DNA of 64,000 bases, taken from positions 23,837 through 87,836 of the forward strand of contig JAKUNK010000010.1 of the NCBI GenBank assembly GCA_022451945.1, in the 5' to 3' direction. The DNA is from Dehalococcoidia bacterium (lineage in GTDB: Bacteria > Chloroflexota > Dehalococcoidia > Lucifugimonadales > UBA3495). The first letter of the stretch is position 1. The number at the start of each line of letters is the position of its first letter. The position numbers were made by a program, and so were the translations under genes. Shown piece by piece: positions 37,526-47,956 of the stretch. The notes beneath the pieces are model-generated. The model did no database searches. It saw only the letters and a program-made list of their open reading frames with translations, and had not been told where the DNA came from.

Positions 37526-38491
37526 ATGAAAGCGGTCAGATTGAACGAGTTCGGTGGCGTGGACAAGCTCTTGATCGAGGACGTTCCAGAGCCAACTCTC
37601 AGACCCCACCATGTGATGATCAAAGTGGATTCGGCCGGAGTAAATTACGCTGACATCCTCCGTAGAGGGGGCAACTACCCCGGTCCCGGCTTGCCTTCAT
37701 CCATGGGGCTTGAAGCCGCAGGAACGGTCACTGCCGTAGGTTCCGAGGTCAGCAGAATATCAGTGGGCCAGAAGGTGATGGCCATGGGGCCGGGCAGCCA
37801 GGCCGAATATGTGGGGATCAACGGCAACTTGGTGTTCCCTTATCCCGACTCTCTTGACCCTGTGGAAGCAGGGGGCATGCCCATAGTATTCCTGACCTCG
37901 TACCACATCCTGAAGAGCAGAGGGCACACGCGGCCGGGTGACACTGTACTGGTGCAGGCAGGAGCTTCGGGTGTGGGTACTGTCCTTATCCAGCTCGCCA
38001 AGGCCTGGGGCGCCAAGGTTATAGCCACGGCGTCAACCCAGGACAAACTGGACCTCTGCAAGTCCCTCGGGGCGGATATCACCATCAATTACACTGCGAC
38101 CGACTTTGAAGAGGTGGTCAAAGAGGAATCGAAGGGTGAAGGCGTCCAGTTGGTGGCCGAGTGTGTGGGCGGTGAAGTATTGGAAAAGAGTGTCCGATGT
38201 CTTGCTGCCTATGGAACACTGGTCAGTTACGGAAACGCCTCACAGACATCAGCCAATCTGGTATCTTCGGATATCACGTCCAATAACCGGACCGTTATTG
38301 GGTTCAGCATGGGCCGGTCTCCGGTCGGCACACTGGACCACCAAGGGGCCATGGCGGAGATGTTCCCCATGATCAGCGAAGGCAAAGCCAAACTGATTAT
38401 TGACCAGATACTGCCATTAGCCGAGGTCGGCAAGGCCCACCAGCACCTGGCCAGCCGGGGCGCCCACGGCAAGGTGATCCTCACTCCATAG
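37526..38491 (+). CDS. NADPH:quinone oxidoreductase (MDR family)
   Basis: GVNYAD, G.EAAG, AGASGVG, GKVIL; GGAGG RBS. Confidence 0.9.
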   Translation: MKAVRLNEFGGVDKLLIEDVPEPTLRPHHVMIKVDSAGVNYADILRRGGNYPGPGLPSSMGLEAAGTVTAVGSEVSRISVGQKVMAMGPGSQAEYVGINGNLVFPYPDSLDPVEAGGMPIVFLTSYHILKSRGHTRPGDTVLVQAGASGVGTVLIQLAKAWGAKVIATASTQDKLDLCKSLGADITINYTATDFEEVVKEESKGEGVQLVAECVGGEVLEKSVRCLAAYGTLVSYGNASQTSANLVSSDITSNNRTVIGFSMGRSPVGTLDHQGAMAEMFPMISEGKAKLIIDQILPLAEVGKAHQHLASRGAHGKVILTP

Positions 38492-38500
38492 GTATTCTAG

Positions 38501-40810
38501 CTACTCTCCTTTCTGCCAGATGGCCTCAAGGACTGTGCCGGGGGACATAGGCGTCTCTGACATGCGAATGCCGATGGCCTGGTTGATGGCGTTGGCTATG
38601 GCGGGAACCGGTGGAATTATTGAAACCTCACCCACTCCACGCACACCGGTTGGGTGTTCGGGATTGGGCACCTCAACCATCTGGGTGTCGATCATCGGCA
38701 GGTCCTTGGCGATAGGCATTCGGTAGTCCAGCCAACTGGAGTTCAGCATAACGCCCTGGTCGTTGGTCACGTATTCCTCATTCAAGGCCCAGCCGATCCC
38801 TTGAACCGCACCACCCTGGATCTGACCTTCCACATAGGTGGGATGGACCGCTGTGCCAGGGTCTTGGAGGGCGGTGTACCTGACTATGTCCGTCTTGCCT
38901 GTATCACGGTCAACTTGAACGTCCACGATGTGCACCGCGAAGCCAGGACTCTCCCCGCCCCAGGCACCGCCGGCCCGGCCGATCAGCGGCCCTCCGGTAG
39001 CATTCTGCCGGGCAGCTATTTCCTTTAGAGTCAGCTGTTGCTCCGGATTGGAGCGGCGGGTGAAAACGCCGTCGGCGATGTCCACTTCCTCTACCGGAAC
39101 ATCCCAGACCAAAGCGGCCCTGGCTGCCAGTTGGCTCAGCAAATCGCGAGCTGCCTCGAATGATGCCCAACCGGTCTTGTAAACAGCACTGCTACCGGCA
39201 CTGATGGCTGTGTAGCCAATGGAATCCGTATCTCCGATGGAAGGATGCACTTCCTCAGCCGAGACGCCCAGGACCTCGGCCACGTGCATGGCTGCAGCGG
39301 TCCGGCTGCCGGCGAGGTCCGCTGAACCTTCAACCAATCCGACGCTCCCGTCCTGCTGCAAGCTAACCACAGCGCTAGCCGGGCCAGTGATATTGGCGCA
39401 GACGGCGGTTGCAATACCCCGACCTCTGTTGGGTCCGCCAAGGGGTGCGTTGTAGTGGGGATGGTTCTTGGCGGCTTGAAGAGTCTCCACGTAGCCCACT
39501 TTCTTGTAGGGGATGCCGGTGACCCGGCGCGTTCCCTCTTTGGCGGCGTTCAATATTCGGAACTCAATTGGATCCATGGACAACTTGGCGGCCAGTTCAT
39601 CAATCAGGGTCTCTCCGGCAAACCCGGCGGGTGGGCCGAGCGGTGCGCGGTAGGGCGCGACCTTGGGCCTGTTAACCACCACGTCGTAACCTTCAGACCG
39701 GACGTTCGCTATGTCATATGGCGCGAAGACCGTAAGAGACGCAAGATTGACCAGCGCTCCAGGGAACGCTCCAGACTCATATACGAAATGAGCGGCGGCG
39801 GCGGTGATGCGGCCGTCGTTAGTAGCACCTATCATCGCCCTGATATAGCCACCTGCAGTGGCGCCGGTAGCTTCAAAGACTTCAGCCCGGGTCATGGTAA
39901 TCTTTACCGGCCGACCCGTTTTCTTAGACAACACGGCCGCCACAGGCTCGACGTAAACCACCAGCTTTCCGCCGAAACCGCCTCCCACTTCCATGGGCAC
40001 CACTTTGACCTGAGATACGGGCACGCCAAGAACCAGAGCAGTGAAGTCGCGGATGGCGAAATGGCCCTGAGAACTGCCCCAAACGGTCACACGTCCATCA
40101 CGGTCCCAACGGGCAGTGGCGCTGTGTGGCTCTATGTATCCTTGGTGCACCGGTTTGGTCCGGAACTCGCGTTCCACCACAACGTCAGCATCTCTGAAGC
40201 CCTGCTCAGGGTCGCCTAACTCAAATACGAAGTGGCTAGCGATGTTGGTAGAAGAGCCATCATCATCGTCATCTCGAAGCCCGCCGGGGCGGAAGAATTC
40301 ACCCTCAGAGTGGAACAGTCGATCGTGCAGGATCGTCGAGCCTGGCTCCATCGCCTTTTTCCCATCCAATACGGGAATTAAAACCTCGTAATCTACCTCG
40401 ATGAGAGAAAGTGCAAGCTCGGCGGTATGCACGCTGTCCGCAGCCACCGCAGCTATGGCATGACCTTTGTATAAGGCCTTGCCACTGGCCATCACGTTGT
40501 TACTAAGGAACCTTGGGTTCAGGGGAGACCCTTCGGCCACGTCCGCCGGTCGGCCAGACAGTACAGGCAGATCGTCAGATGTCATAAACGCTTTTACACC
40601 AGGCAGTGCCAGGGCTTTGGAGGCGTCGATGGTCTTTATCCTAGCATGAGCGTGAGGGCTTCTCAGTATCTTGCCGTGAAGAAGGCCAGGTAGGCTGATA
40701 TCGGCGCCGTAGCGGGCCTGTCCAGTGACTTTATCCGTGGCGTCGTGGCGTATGGGAGAGGTGCCAATAACTCGGAATCCGCCGTCGTTGACTGATGATT
40801 TGTCTGTCAT
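38501..40810 (-). CDS. Xanthine dehydrogenase-family molybdopterin-binding (large) subunit
   Basis: DKVTG.ARY, RSPHAHA, HQGYIEPH, GGGFGGK, GQIQGG..QG.G.AL.E, GVGE. Confidence 0.92.
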   Translation of the reverse strand: MTDKSSVNDGGFRVIGTSPIRHDATDKVTGQARYGADISLPGLLHGKILRSPHAHARIKTIDASKALALPGVKAFMTSDDLPVLSGRPADVAEGSPLNPRFLSNNVMASGKALYKGHAIAAVAADSVHTAELALSLIEVDYEVLIPVLDGKKAMEPGSTILHDRLFHSEGEFFRPGGLRDDDDDGSSTNIASHFVFELGDPEQGFRDADVVVEREFRTKPVHQGYIEPHSATARWDRDGRVTVWGSSQGHFAIRDFTALVLGVPVSQVKVVPMEVGGGFGGKLVVYVEPVAAVLSKKTGRPVKITMTRAEVFEATGATAGGYIRAMIGATNDGRITAAAAHFVYESGAFPGALVNLASLTVFAPYDIANVRSEGYDVVVNRPKVAPYRAPLGPPAGFAGETLIDELAAKLSMDPIEFRILNAAKEGTRRVTGIPYKKVGYVETLQAAKNHPHYNAPLGGPNRGRGIATAVCANITGPASAVVSLQQDGSVGLVEGSADLAGSRTAAAMHVAEVLGVSAEEVHPSIGDTDSIGYTAISAGSSAVYKTGWASFEAARDLLSQLAARAALVWDVPVEEVDIADGVFTRRSNPEQQLTLKEIAARQNATGGPLIGRAGGAWGGESPGFAVHIVDVQVDRDTGKTDIVRYTALQDPGTAVHPTYVEGQIQGGAVQGIGWALNEEYVTNDQGVMLNSSWLDYRMPIAKDLPMIDTQMVEVPNPEHPTGVRGVGEVSIIPPVPAIANAINQAIGIRMSETPMSPGTVLEAIWQKGE

Positions 40811-40843
40811 ATCAAAGCTCCTTCCTTAACACCAATCGAGTTG

Positions 40844-43800
40844 TTATTCATAGCGCAGTGCCTCGGCGGGATAGATGCGTGAGGCCTGGCGCGCTGGCAT
40901 GAAAGTGGTCGCCAGAGAAAACACGTAAGCGATTGCTATTATGATGCCTATCTGGAGCCAAGGGATAGCGAACCGGATTGTCTCGACGTCCTCTTGTATG
41001 TCCTGCACTATGTTCCATGAAATGATCGTGCCCAAGCCCACTCCGATCGCTATTCCCATCAACACGACGAAAGACGACTCTGTGAGGAAGCTAAATTGAA
41101 CCATCCGCCTACGGTAGCCGATGGCCCGCAGCACGCCAATCTGTTGCCTGCGTTCCACCACCGCACGCAGGCTTACCACTCCCAGCGAGGCTATCCCCAC
41201 CAACAAACCCAAACCCATGAAACTGGTGAATACGTAGTTGAAAGCCCTGTTGGCGGAAGCGATGTCATCCACCAGGTCAGACAACACATCGCTCTCCATT
41301 CCGTTCTCCCGAAAAGCCGATTCAAGGTTCTTAGATAGCAGATCTACATCAACACCTTCGGCAGCCTTAAACCGATAGGTAGTCGTTGGTATGCGGAATG
41401 GAATGGCCTCATCGATTCCGTTCCTTGATGCGATCATACCCACGCCCAATTGCCCAAAGGCATCGGTAAGCCTGTCCAGCACACCGATGACTGTCATGGA
41501 AATAACTTGGCCAGTGCGAGGCTCTCGCACCTCAATATCGATAGCTTCCATCTTGGTGTCCTCGTAGTAAACCCCTTCAATCTCGAATGGTATCTCGTCG
41601 TCGGAGAATCCCTCCCTGGATGGAACAACCAGAGAATCGACAACCACCAGATTAGAGTCTTCCCGGATTGCCGCCCAAACATCCTTTTGGGTCTCGTAGC
41701 CGCTAGCGAACAGCTTCAGATTGGCCCCGGTTTCTTGTAGGAATCTATCGTCGGCAGCACGTATGGCGTAGAACTCCCACCGCTGGTCGTCTGCTCCAAC
41801 GCTTCGGGCCTCCACAGGGAAAGTGGTGTAGCCGCCGATGGTCGTAATGTCCTGGTTTTCCAGGTCTGGTTTTCCATCTATGGCTCGGCGGATATCGTCT
41901 ATAGGGGTACTGCTATTGACGGAGGCTTGAATGTCCCATCCGCCGGCCACTCGCTCGGAGTCACCTACCGCGGCGCTGAAAGCCTCGGTGAGGATAGACA
42001 TCACTATCAATGTGAAGATAACCAAGGCAAACATGGCCAAGGTCAGTCCGGTCCGGAATTTGGCGGACATTGGGTAGGCCACAGCAGTAATTAGCACCGG
42101 CCTTAGTTGACCGAAAGGACCAGTCATATAAGTGAGGAATCTCAGGAGAAGATCGGCATTGTACATCACCGTCCAGACGGCCGCACCCACCATGGCGATA
42201 CCGGAGATGAAGAACATCTCTACCCCGCCATCAACGTCCCCAAAGATCGATCTCAAAACCCCAAACGGAAGAACCCAGAAGGCCAGATTCGCTACGCCCA
42301 TGAACGTGTAGGCGGCACGGTCTCCTACATCTGGCCGGAGTCTGGTGCGGTGGGAAAGCGTCCTGACGGTTAAGCCAATACCTATGATAACCAAAGTTAC
42401 GCCGATTCGGATCGGAGCGGCCTCACCAGACGAAACCCCGAGCCACGTGAATAGAACTCCTGCCACCGCGGTTAGCCAACCATGGCTCATGGGCACCCAA
42501 AGGGCCTGAGCCACTTCACCGAAAAATCTCGGAGGAGAAGTAGTGGCTGCCCATACAGACCTGAGCAATAATCCAGTCCCCTTAGCCACATCCAACTTGA
42601 CTAAGGCCCAGACTCCAGTACCGGCCAAAGCTGCCGGGTGGTAGCACACCCGTAGGAGGGCCAAAAGACGGGCGCGGAACGGAGTTTCAGATCGGCGCGT
42701 CGATGAGGGCAGTCCGCGGACCGCTGCCACAATATTTAACCGGCTAACCTGGTATGCCGATATTCCGACAGTGCCCATGGTGATGACCATTCCCAAACAG
42801 TACGCGACAACTACGCTTCTGATCTCGTAGTGTGCGAACATTGTGAAGTTCTCCGGAGCTCCGGCGCCCCCTGATGCGAAGATCCTATTGACTGTGAAAA
42901 CGATCACAGAGCTAGCCCCCAGGCCTAGTACTACACCTACCGCGCCGGAAACGATGGAGTAGGCCGTGCCCTCAAAGATAAACATCTGGACCAGGTGACG
43001 ACGTTTGGCGCCCACGGCCCTCGCCATACCCATCTCAGAACGCCGGGCAGCCGCCAACATGACGAAGATCAAAAAGATCAACAACACCCCAACCATGATG
43101 GAGAACAGGCCCATGATGACGAAGATGCTAGTCACTCCGGAGCCGGCCCGATCCGCTTCATCCAGCACCTGTTTCTTGATATCGAGCACCCGGAACTCAG
43201 CCAGTCCGGAAAATAACGTGCTAGCCTGACGTCCCACCTCATCCAATTCGGCCTCGCTGACTGCGCTCAAGACTACTTCTTGGACACCATCATCGGCCAG
43301 AGCGCCTACGAACTCGTCGCTCATCTCACGCCCACCAAGTCCATCCAACAATGCACTCAGATCGCTGGCCAATTTTCCACTCAGAGTGGGTGCCAAGAGG
43401 TTCAATTGCTGGATGACATCTTCTCGATTGAGCAAGGCCTGAAGTTGGGCGGCGTTGGCCCCATCGGCGAACAATACCCGGAGAGCGTCTGTGACCTCAT
43501 CGCTCACCTCAGCCCCTTCGAAAACCCCCCCCAGGTTGGAGACGGCCACCGAGTTGATAAGTCCTTCTTTGCCAAATATCTTCTGAGCCCGGTCAAGCCG
43601 GACGAGCAACGTTGGCCCTTGCCCAGCCAGTCCACCGCTGTCCACCACGCCATGGACCCGGAACGTAACACTGGAACCCGCCACAAAGATCACCAACTCA
43701 TCACCGGCCACCGCATCCAGTTCGTCGGCAGCTTCTTGGTTGATGAACGTATCATTCGGGCCCAACGATTCGAGACGTATCGTCTGTCCATTGGTCAGCT

Positions 43801-44314
43801 TGAACCGGCCAAATCCAGCTAACGAATCTGGGTCTACACCAGTGACCTGCATCTGGCCTTCGCTCAGTTGGGTCCTAGTGTTGACGGTAGGGGCAAACTC
43901 GGCGATGCCCGGTGCCAAGCCATCTATCAAATCCATGCCAGCCAGTTCTCTCTTCAACTGCTCGTAACGTTGAAGAGAGAAGTAATTGAAACTGCCGATA
44001 GTGTCTGAGTCGTCAGCTCGGGCGGAAACGATGATCGCATCAATGGTGCCGAGGGCATCAGCGGCGTTCTTTCGGATAGAGAAGGTGATTGAATCGCCGG
44101 TGCCGAAAGCGGCCGCCATGATCAAGGTGCTGATCATTATGCCAACTATGATGAGTATGGTCTGGGATTTGCGTCTAGGAATGTTGCGGAGGGCCAGTTT
44201 CAGCATCACCCGATTGCGCGATGCCACAATCCCTACTCCGGCGGTAATCGGCAGGAAGAATGCCAACAGGACAACCATGATGATGTCCATGTCCAAGCCA
44301 AAAAGTTCTTCCAT
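40844..44314 (-). CDS. ABC transporter permease (FtsX/MacB-like, duplicated)
   Basis: ALRNIPRR, two FtsX motifs (RRSEMGMARAVG and ERRQQIGVLRAIG), C-terminal PAEALRYE. Confidence 0.9.
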   Translation of the reverse strand: MEELFGLDMDIIMVVLLAFFLPITAGVGIVASRNRVMLKLALRNIPRRKSQTILIIVGIMISTLIMAAAFGTGDSITFSIRKNAADALGTIDAIIVSARADDSDTIGSFNYFSLQRYEQLKRELAGMDLIDGLAPGIAEFAPTVNTRTQLSEGQMQVTGVDPDSLAGFGRFKLTNGQTIRLESLGPNDTFINQEAADELDAVAGDELVIFVAGSSVTFRVHGVVDSGGLAGQGPTLLVRLDRAQKIFGKEGLINSVAVSNLGGVFEGAEVSDEVTDALRVLFADGANAAQLQALLNREDVIQQLNLLAPTLSGKLASDLSALLDGLGGREMSDEFVGALADDGVQEVVLSAVSEAELDEVGRQASTLFSGLAEFRVLDIKKQVLDEADRAGSGVTSIFVIMGLFSIMVGVLLIFLIFVMLAAARRSEMGMARAVGAKRRHLVQMFIFEGTAYSIVSGAVGVVLGLGASSVIVFTVNRIFASGGAGAPENFTMFAHYEIRSVVVAYCLGMVITMGTVGISAYQVSRLNIVAAVRGLPSSTRRSETPFRARLLALLRVCYHPAALAGTGVWALVKLDVAKGTGLLLRSVWAATTSPPRFFGEVAQALWVPMSHGWLTAVAGVLFTWLGVSSGEAAPIRIGVTLVIIGIGLTVRTLSHRTRLRPDVGDRAAYTFMGVANLAFWVLPFGVLRSIFGDVDGGVEMFFISGIAMVGAAVWTVMYNADLLLRFLTYMTGPFGQLRPVLITAVAYPMSAKFRTGLTLAMFALVIFTLIVMSILTEAFSAAVGDSERVAGGWDIQASVNSSTPIDDIRRAIDGKPDLENQDITTIGGYTTFPVEARSVGADDQRWEFYAIRAADDRFLQETGANLKLFASGYETQKDVWAAIREDSNLVVVDSLVVPSREGFSDDEIPFEIEGVYYEDTKMEAIDIEVREPRTGQVISMTVIGVLDRLTDAFGQLGVGMIASRNGIDEAIPFRIPTTTYRFKAAEGVDVDLLSKNLESAFRENGMESDVLSDLVDDIASANRAFNYVFTSFMGLGLLVGIASLGVVSLRAVVERRQQIGVLRAIGYRRRMVQFSFLTESSFVVLMGIAIGVGLGTIISWNIVQDIQEDVETIRFAIPWLQIGIIIAIAYVFSLATTFMPARQASRIYPAEALRYE

Positions 44315-44332
44315 ATTCGCCCCGGAACTAGA

Positions 44333-45031
44333 CTACGGGATCCGGCGATTACCGGTGTCGACTATCTCGCCATCACGCATCCGTATTATTCGGTGTGCCC
44401 TGGCTCCGACATCATCCGAGTGAGTCACGAGCACAAAGCTCTGGCCGTTTTCAACGTTGAGTCGGCACATAAGATCCATTATCTCCGATGCGGTCTCGCT
44501 GTCCAGATCTCCCGTGGGTTCGTCGGCCCACACTATGTACGGTTGGTTGACTAGAGCCCTGGCGATAGTTACACGTTGGCGTTGGCCTCCAGAGAGTTCG
44601 CCGGGAAGGTGCTGTGCCCTCTCGCTGAGCCCGACAATATCCAGCAATTCTAAGGACCGCTTTCGGGACTCACCAGGGCTTACCCCGGAGACCAACAGAG
44701 GTAGCTCTACATTCTCCGCCGCGGACAGAACGGGAAGCAGGTTGTATAGCTGGAAGACGAATCCCATACGGCGGGCGCGGTAGTCGCTTCGTTCATCATC
44801 AGGGAGGTCGTGAAGCACTACGCCATCAATCAACACCCGGCCGGAATCAATCTCGTCCAAACCGGAGAGGCAGTTCAACATAGTGGTCTTTCCGCAGCCG
44901 CTGGGGCCCATGATGGCAACCATCTCGCCACGTTCAACGTTCAGGTCAACGCCCCTCAAGGCATCTACTTTAACGGTGCCGGTGTCGTAGGTTTTATGAA
45001 TATCGGTGGCTGTGATTATGGAATCGGGCAT
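44333..45031 (-). CDS. ABC transporter ATP-binding protein (LolD/MacB-like)
   Basis: [28 protein letters not shown]. Confidence 0.95.
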   Translation of the reverse strand: MPDSIITATDIHKTYDTGTVKVDALRGVDLNVERGEMVAIMGPSGCGKTTMLNCLSGLDEIDSGRVLIDGVVLHDLPDDERSDYRARRMGFVFQLYNLLPVLSAAENVELPLLVSGVSPGESRKRSLELLDIVGLSERAQHLPGELSGGQRQRVTIARALVNQPYIVWADEPTGDLDSETASEIMDLMCRLNVENGQSFVLVTHSDDVGARAHRIIRMRDGEIVDTGNRRIP

Positions 45032-45153
45032 CTATTCGCGGGCCGACTTACCTCAGATTACTCTCAGCAAGTATATCTGAACAACGGGTGCACAAATACA
45101 CCGCCAGCCATGATGGTCCACAAAAAAGAATCAGGGTTGTGGAAACTATTCGG

Positions 45154-45408
45154 CTATGGTCCGCCACCAATCCTCGCCTTCACCACTTCCAGCAACCACC
45201 ACATCCGGCTCCAGACTAAGCGCCGTTCATTGTCGGCCAGGTCACGGCCTGCGTGTCCTCGAACGGTAATCACAGCTTGACCGGCTAAGAACCCCCATGA
45301 ACCAGGCTCGCTCTTGATCCAGCCAATCACCTTGTCCTGGTTGTCCTTCACCACATCGACCAATAACAGGTCGATCTCATCGTTGTTTAAAGAAAAAGCC
45401 TCAGCCAT
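45154..45408 (-). CDS. Hypothetical protein
   Basis: About 84 aa (MAEAFSL...WGFLAGQAV...W..L); start uncertain. Confidence 0.55.
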   Translation of the reverse strand: MAEAFSLNNDEIDLLLVDVVKDNQDKVIGWIKSEPGSWGFLAGQAVITVRGHAGRDLADNERRLVWSRMWWLLEVVKARIGGGP

Positions 45409-45844
45409 AAGATATATAACTCGCACTGTGCCGGCCGATATCGGTTTAAGAATCGCCGCCGAGATACCCGCCACCCATCCTAGCAGGTAATCAAAAATAT
45501 CACCGATCACATTGGCGGAATGTGGTGACAGAAGGCGGCACGGCTTATCGGGTCGGCTACCAGGATGCGCGATTAGCTCAAATCATCGAGTTTTGACCCA
45601 AAGTCCGGAGAACCCCGATTAATCCAACGCCTTTAGGTTTGGAATAGCTGGCATCAGCAATGAGGTCGTTGGGTTCCATTCGACCATTGACGCCAATGGC
45701 GCCTACGTCTTGATCAACCTATGATACGACGGCGGAAGCGGTCAAAAATCTTGACCTATGACACGGTGAGTCAGAGTGCCATCGTAGTCGATATCAAATT
45801 CCATTTCGTCGATGTGTAGATGCTTTTTCCCGAGGTATAAGAAG

Positions 45845-46522
45845 TTATAGTTCGAACTCTTTAACCTCCGGCGACACGGTCAACTTGGCCCCGGTTAATT
45901 GCTGAACCTGTTCTGGCGTCCAATCAGGAGCCACTTCTTTCAGGGTAAGACCTTGACCATCGCACTCGATTACTGCGAGGTCGGTGACAATCAGGTAGAC
46001 ACACCCTTTTCCGGTCAGTGGGAAAGTGCATTCTTCCACTATCTTGGGGTCGCCGTTCCGGTCTGTGTGCTCCATGGCCACGATGACACCACTTGCTCCT
46101 GTTGCCAGATCCATGGCGCCGCCCACGTTGCCCACGCCTCGCTGTGGGAGCATCCAGTTGGCCAGGTCGCCAGTCGAAGACACTTGGTGGGAACCCAGAA
46201 CCGTAACGTCCACATGGCCGCCCCGGATCATGGCAAATGCCTCCGCCGAATCAAAGAAAGACATGCCACCGACGCTCCTCAGGTACTGGCCTCCGGCATT
46301 AATAAGATCAATGTCTTCTTCGCCCTCCTCTGCGATGGGCCCACAATTGAGAATGCCACTTTCGCTGTGGTAAAAGACAGTCCGGCCCTCCGGTACGAAG
46401 GAAGAAACCAGAGTAGGTATTCCGATACCCAGGTTCACATATGCGCCGTCCGGCAGTTCTTTGGCCACCCGCATGGCGACGATCTCCCTGGGCAAACGTT
46501 CCTTGTCAAATAACGAAGTCAT
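45845..46522 (-). CDS. 3-oxoacid CoA-transferase subunit B (family I)
   Basis: VNLGIGIPT, HSESG (catalytic Glu), NAGG, IRGGH.D, GGAMDL. Confidence 0.92.
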   Translation of the reverse strand: MTSLFDKERLPREIVAMRVAKELPDGAYVNLGIGIPTLVSSFVPEGRTVFYHSESGILNCGPIAEEGEEDIDLINAGGQYLRSVGGMSFFDSAEAFAMIRGGHVDVTVLGSHQVSSTGDLANWMLPQRGVGNVGGAMDLATGASGVIVAMEHTDRNGDPKIVEECTFPLTGKGCVYLIVTDLAVIECDGQGLTLKEVAPDWTPEQVQQLTGAKLTVSPEVKEFEL

Positions 46523-46544
46523 TGGGTGGACCCTCTCAGATAGA

Positions 46545-47936
46545 TCATAGATAAGCCGAAAAATCCCGTGGCCGAAGCACGATGCGGTCGATGAACAATC
46601 CGGGAGTGACTATCTCTTCGGGACCCAATTGACCTGGTTCGACTATCTCATCGACCTCAACTACGGTCGTCCGCGCGGTGGTCGCCATCACTGGGTTGAA
46701 GTTCCGGGAGGTTCCTTTGTAGACCACGTTTCCCAGAGTGTCTGCTTTGTAGCCTCGGATTATGCAGAAATCGGCACGCATCCCCATCTCAAGGATGTAT
46801 TCTCTTCCGCCGATGTTTCTCGTTTCTTTGCCATCTGCCAATAGCGTCCCGGCTCCGGTGGGGGTATAAAAAGCGGCCACCCCAGCCCCGCCGCTGCGCA
46901 GTCTTTCTGCCAAGGTGCCCTGGGGCACCACTTCCAACTCCGCCTCACCTCGGTTGAAGGCATCCTCAAAAGCACTGGGTCGGGATGCCGACGGTGACAC
47001 CGGATACGAAGCGGTCGCCTTGGCAACTTGGTTATTCTCCACCAGGATACTGTGGTCAATGATATTCGGAGTTCCAAAAGCGCTAACTCGCGCAACGCCC
47101 GCCGTGTTGCTAATCAGATGCAAGCCTTTAACACCAAGGTTTCGGAGTCCAGTCATCAAGTAGTGGGCCATCCCTCCTGGGCCTGCAAATCCGTCCACGT
47201 TAACAGTTGCCCCCTCGGGCACATCCTTGAGAGCCTCCATGGCATCAGGAAAGACCTTGTTCGGCGCCGCTAATTTAGGGACCTGGAAAGTCATCTCCTT
47301 CAAATCAGGAGAGATAGAGAGCGGCGCATCAGTAATGCCCACCACCTCGTCAGCGGTCCATCCTGGGGCGGTTTCCATCAGCTCCAGCCCATCTCTATTC
47401 ACCTTAATAACTGCTTCCGTGGTGATGATTAAGTTAACCTTTCCAACTCCGTCCACTGGGAGGTTACATTCCTTAACAATATTGGAGCGGCCTACCGAGT
47501 GGCGATTGGGCATGAGCGCCACCACCTTCGAGGCTCCATAGGCCATGTCAACCGCCGAGCCGGTGGCCAACAGACCTGGGGTTTCCTCGGTGGTCCAATG
47601 GACGAAATCACCGTTGGAGGCGACCTGAGACGGTTGCAGTACTGCGATATCTGTGTGACCACCACGCAGAATACCCGCGACGTCGACAACCCCAGTAAAA
47701 CTACCACCAAAGCCCGTAGCTACCGGATTCCCTCCTGCGTCTAAAGTGTCCGCGTTCGCGTTAATTCCGTCGTTGCCCAAGAGCCCACTATCAGCGATGA
47801 ACCAGACGCCAGCGGCGGGAACCTCACTTGGGATATGGCAGGGCAATCCCATACCCAAGGCTACGACTGCTCCTGGGAACAACTCTTGGGTGGCACGGCG
47901 GGTCATGGCGGTAGCGTCTAGTGGCACTCCGGGCAT
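46545..47936 (-). CDS. Fused CoA-transferase: degenerate subunit B (N-term) plus subunit A (C-term)
   Basis: N-half LGMGLP, IADSG, LRGGHTD; C-half GFAG, ISN, PQGTLAERLRSGGAG, RNFNP. Confidence 0.88.
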   Translation of the reverse strand: MPGVPLDATAMTRRATQELFPGAVVALGMGLPCHIPSEVPAAGVWFIADSGLLGNDGINANADTLDAGGNPVATGFGGSFTGVVDVAGILRGGHTDIAVLQPSQVASNGDFVHWTTEETPGLLATGSAVDMAYGASKVVALMPNRHSVGRSNIVKECNLPVDGVGKVNLIITTEAVIKVNRDGLELMETAPGWTADEVVGITDAPLSISPDLKEMTFQVPKLAAPNKVFPDAMEALKDVPEGATVNVDGFAGPGGMAHYLMTGLRNLGVKGLHLISNTAGVARVSAFGTPNIIDHSILVENNQVAKATASYPVSPSASRPSAFEDAFNRGEAELEVVPQGTLAERLRSGGAGVAAFYTPTGAGTLLADGKETRNIGGREYILEMGMRADFCIIRGYKADTLGNVVYKGTSRNFNPVMATTARTTVVEVDEIVEPGQLGPEEIVTPGLFIDRIVLRPRDFSAYL

Positions 47937-47956
47937 CTGGAACTATTCTCCTTCGA

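Noticed and set aside
38501-40810. Aerobic CO dehydrogenase CoxL
   Set aside because: It lacks the AYxCSFR active-site motif, and there are no coxM/coxS neighbours.
45510-45845. 335-bp intergenic gap as a possible ncRNA or gene remnant
   Set aside because: I could not identify a convincing ORF, tRNA/SRP/6S/tmRNA signature or strong structure by eye. An Rfam scan would settle it.
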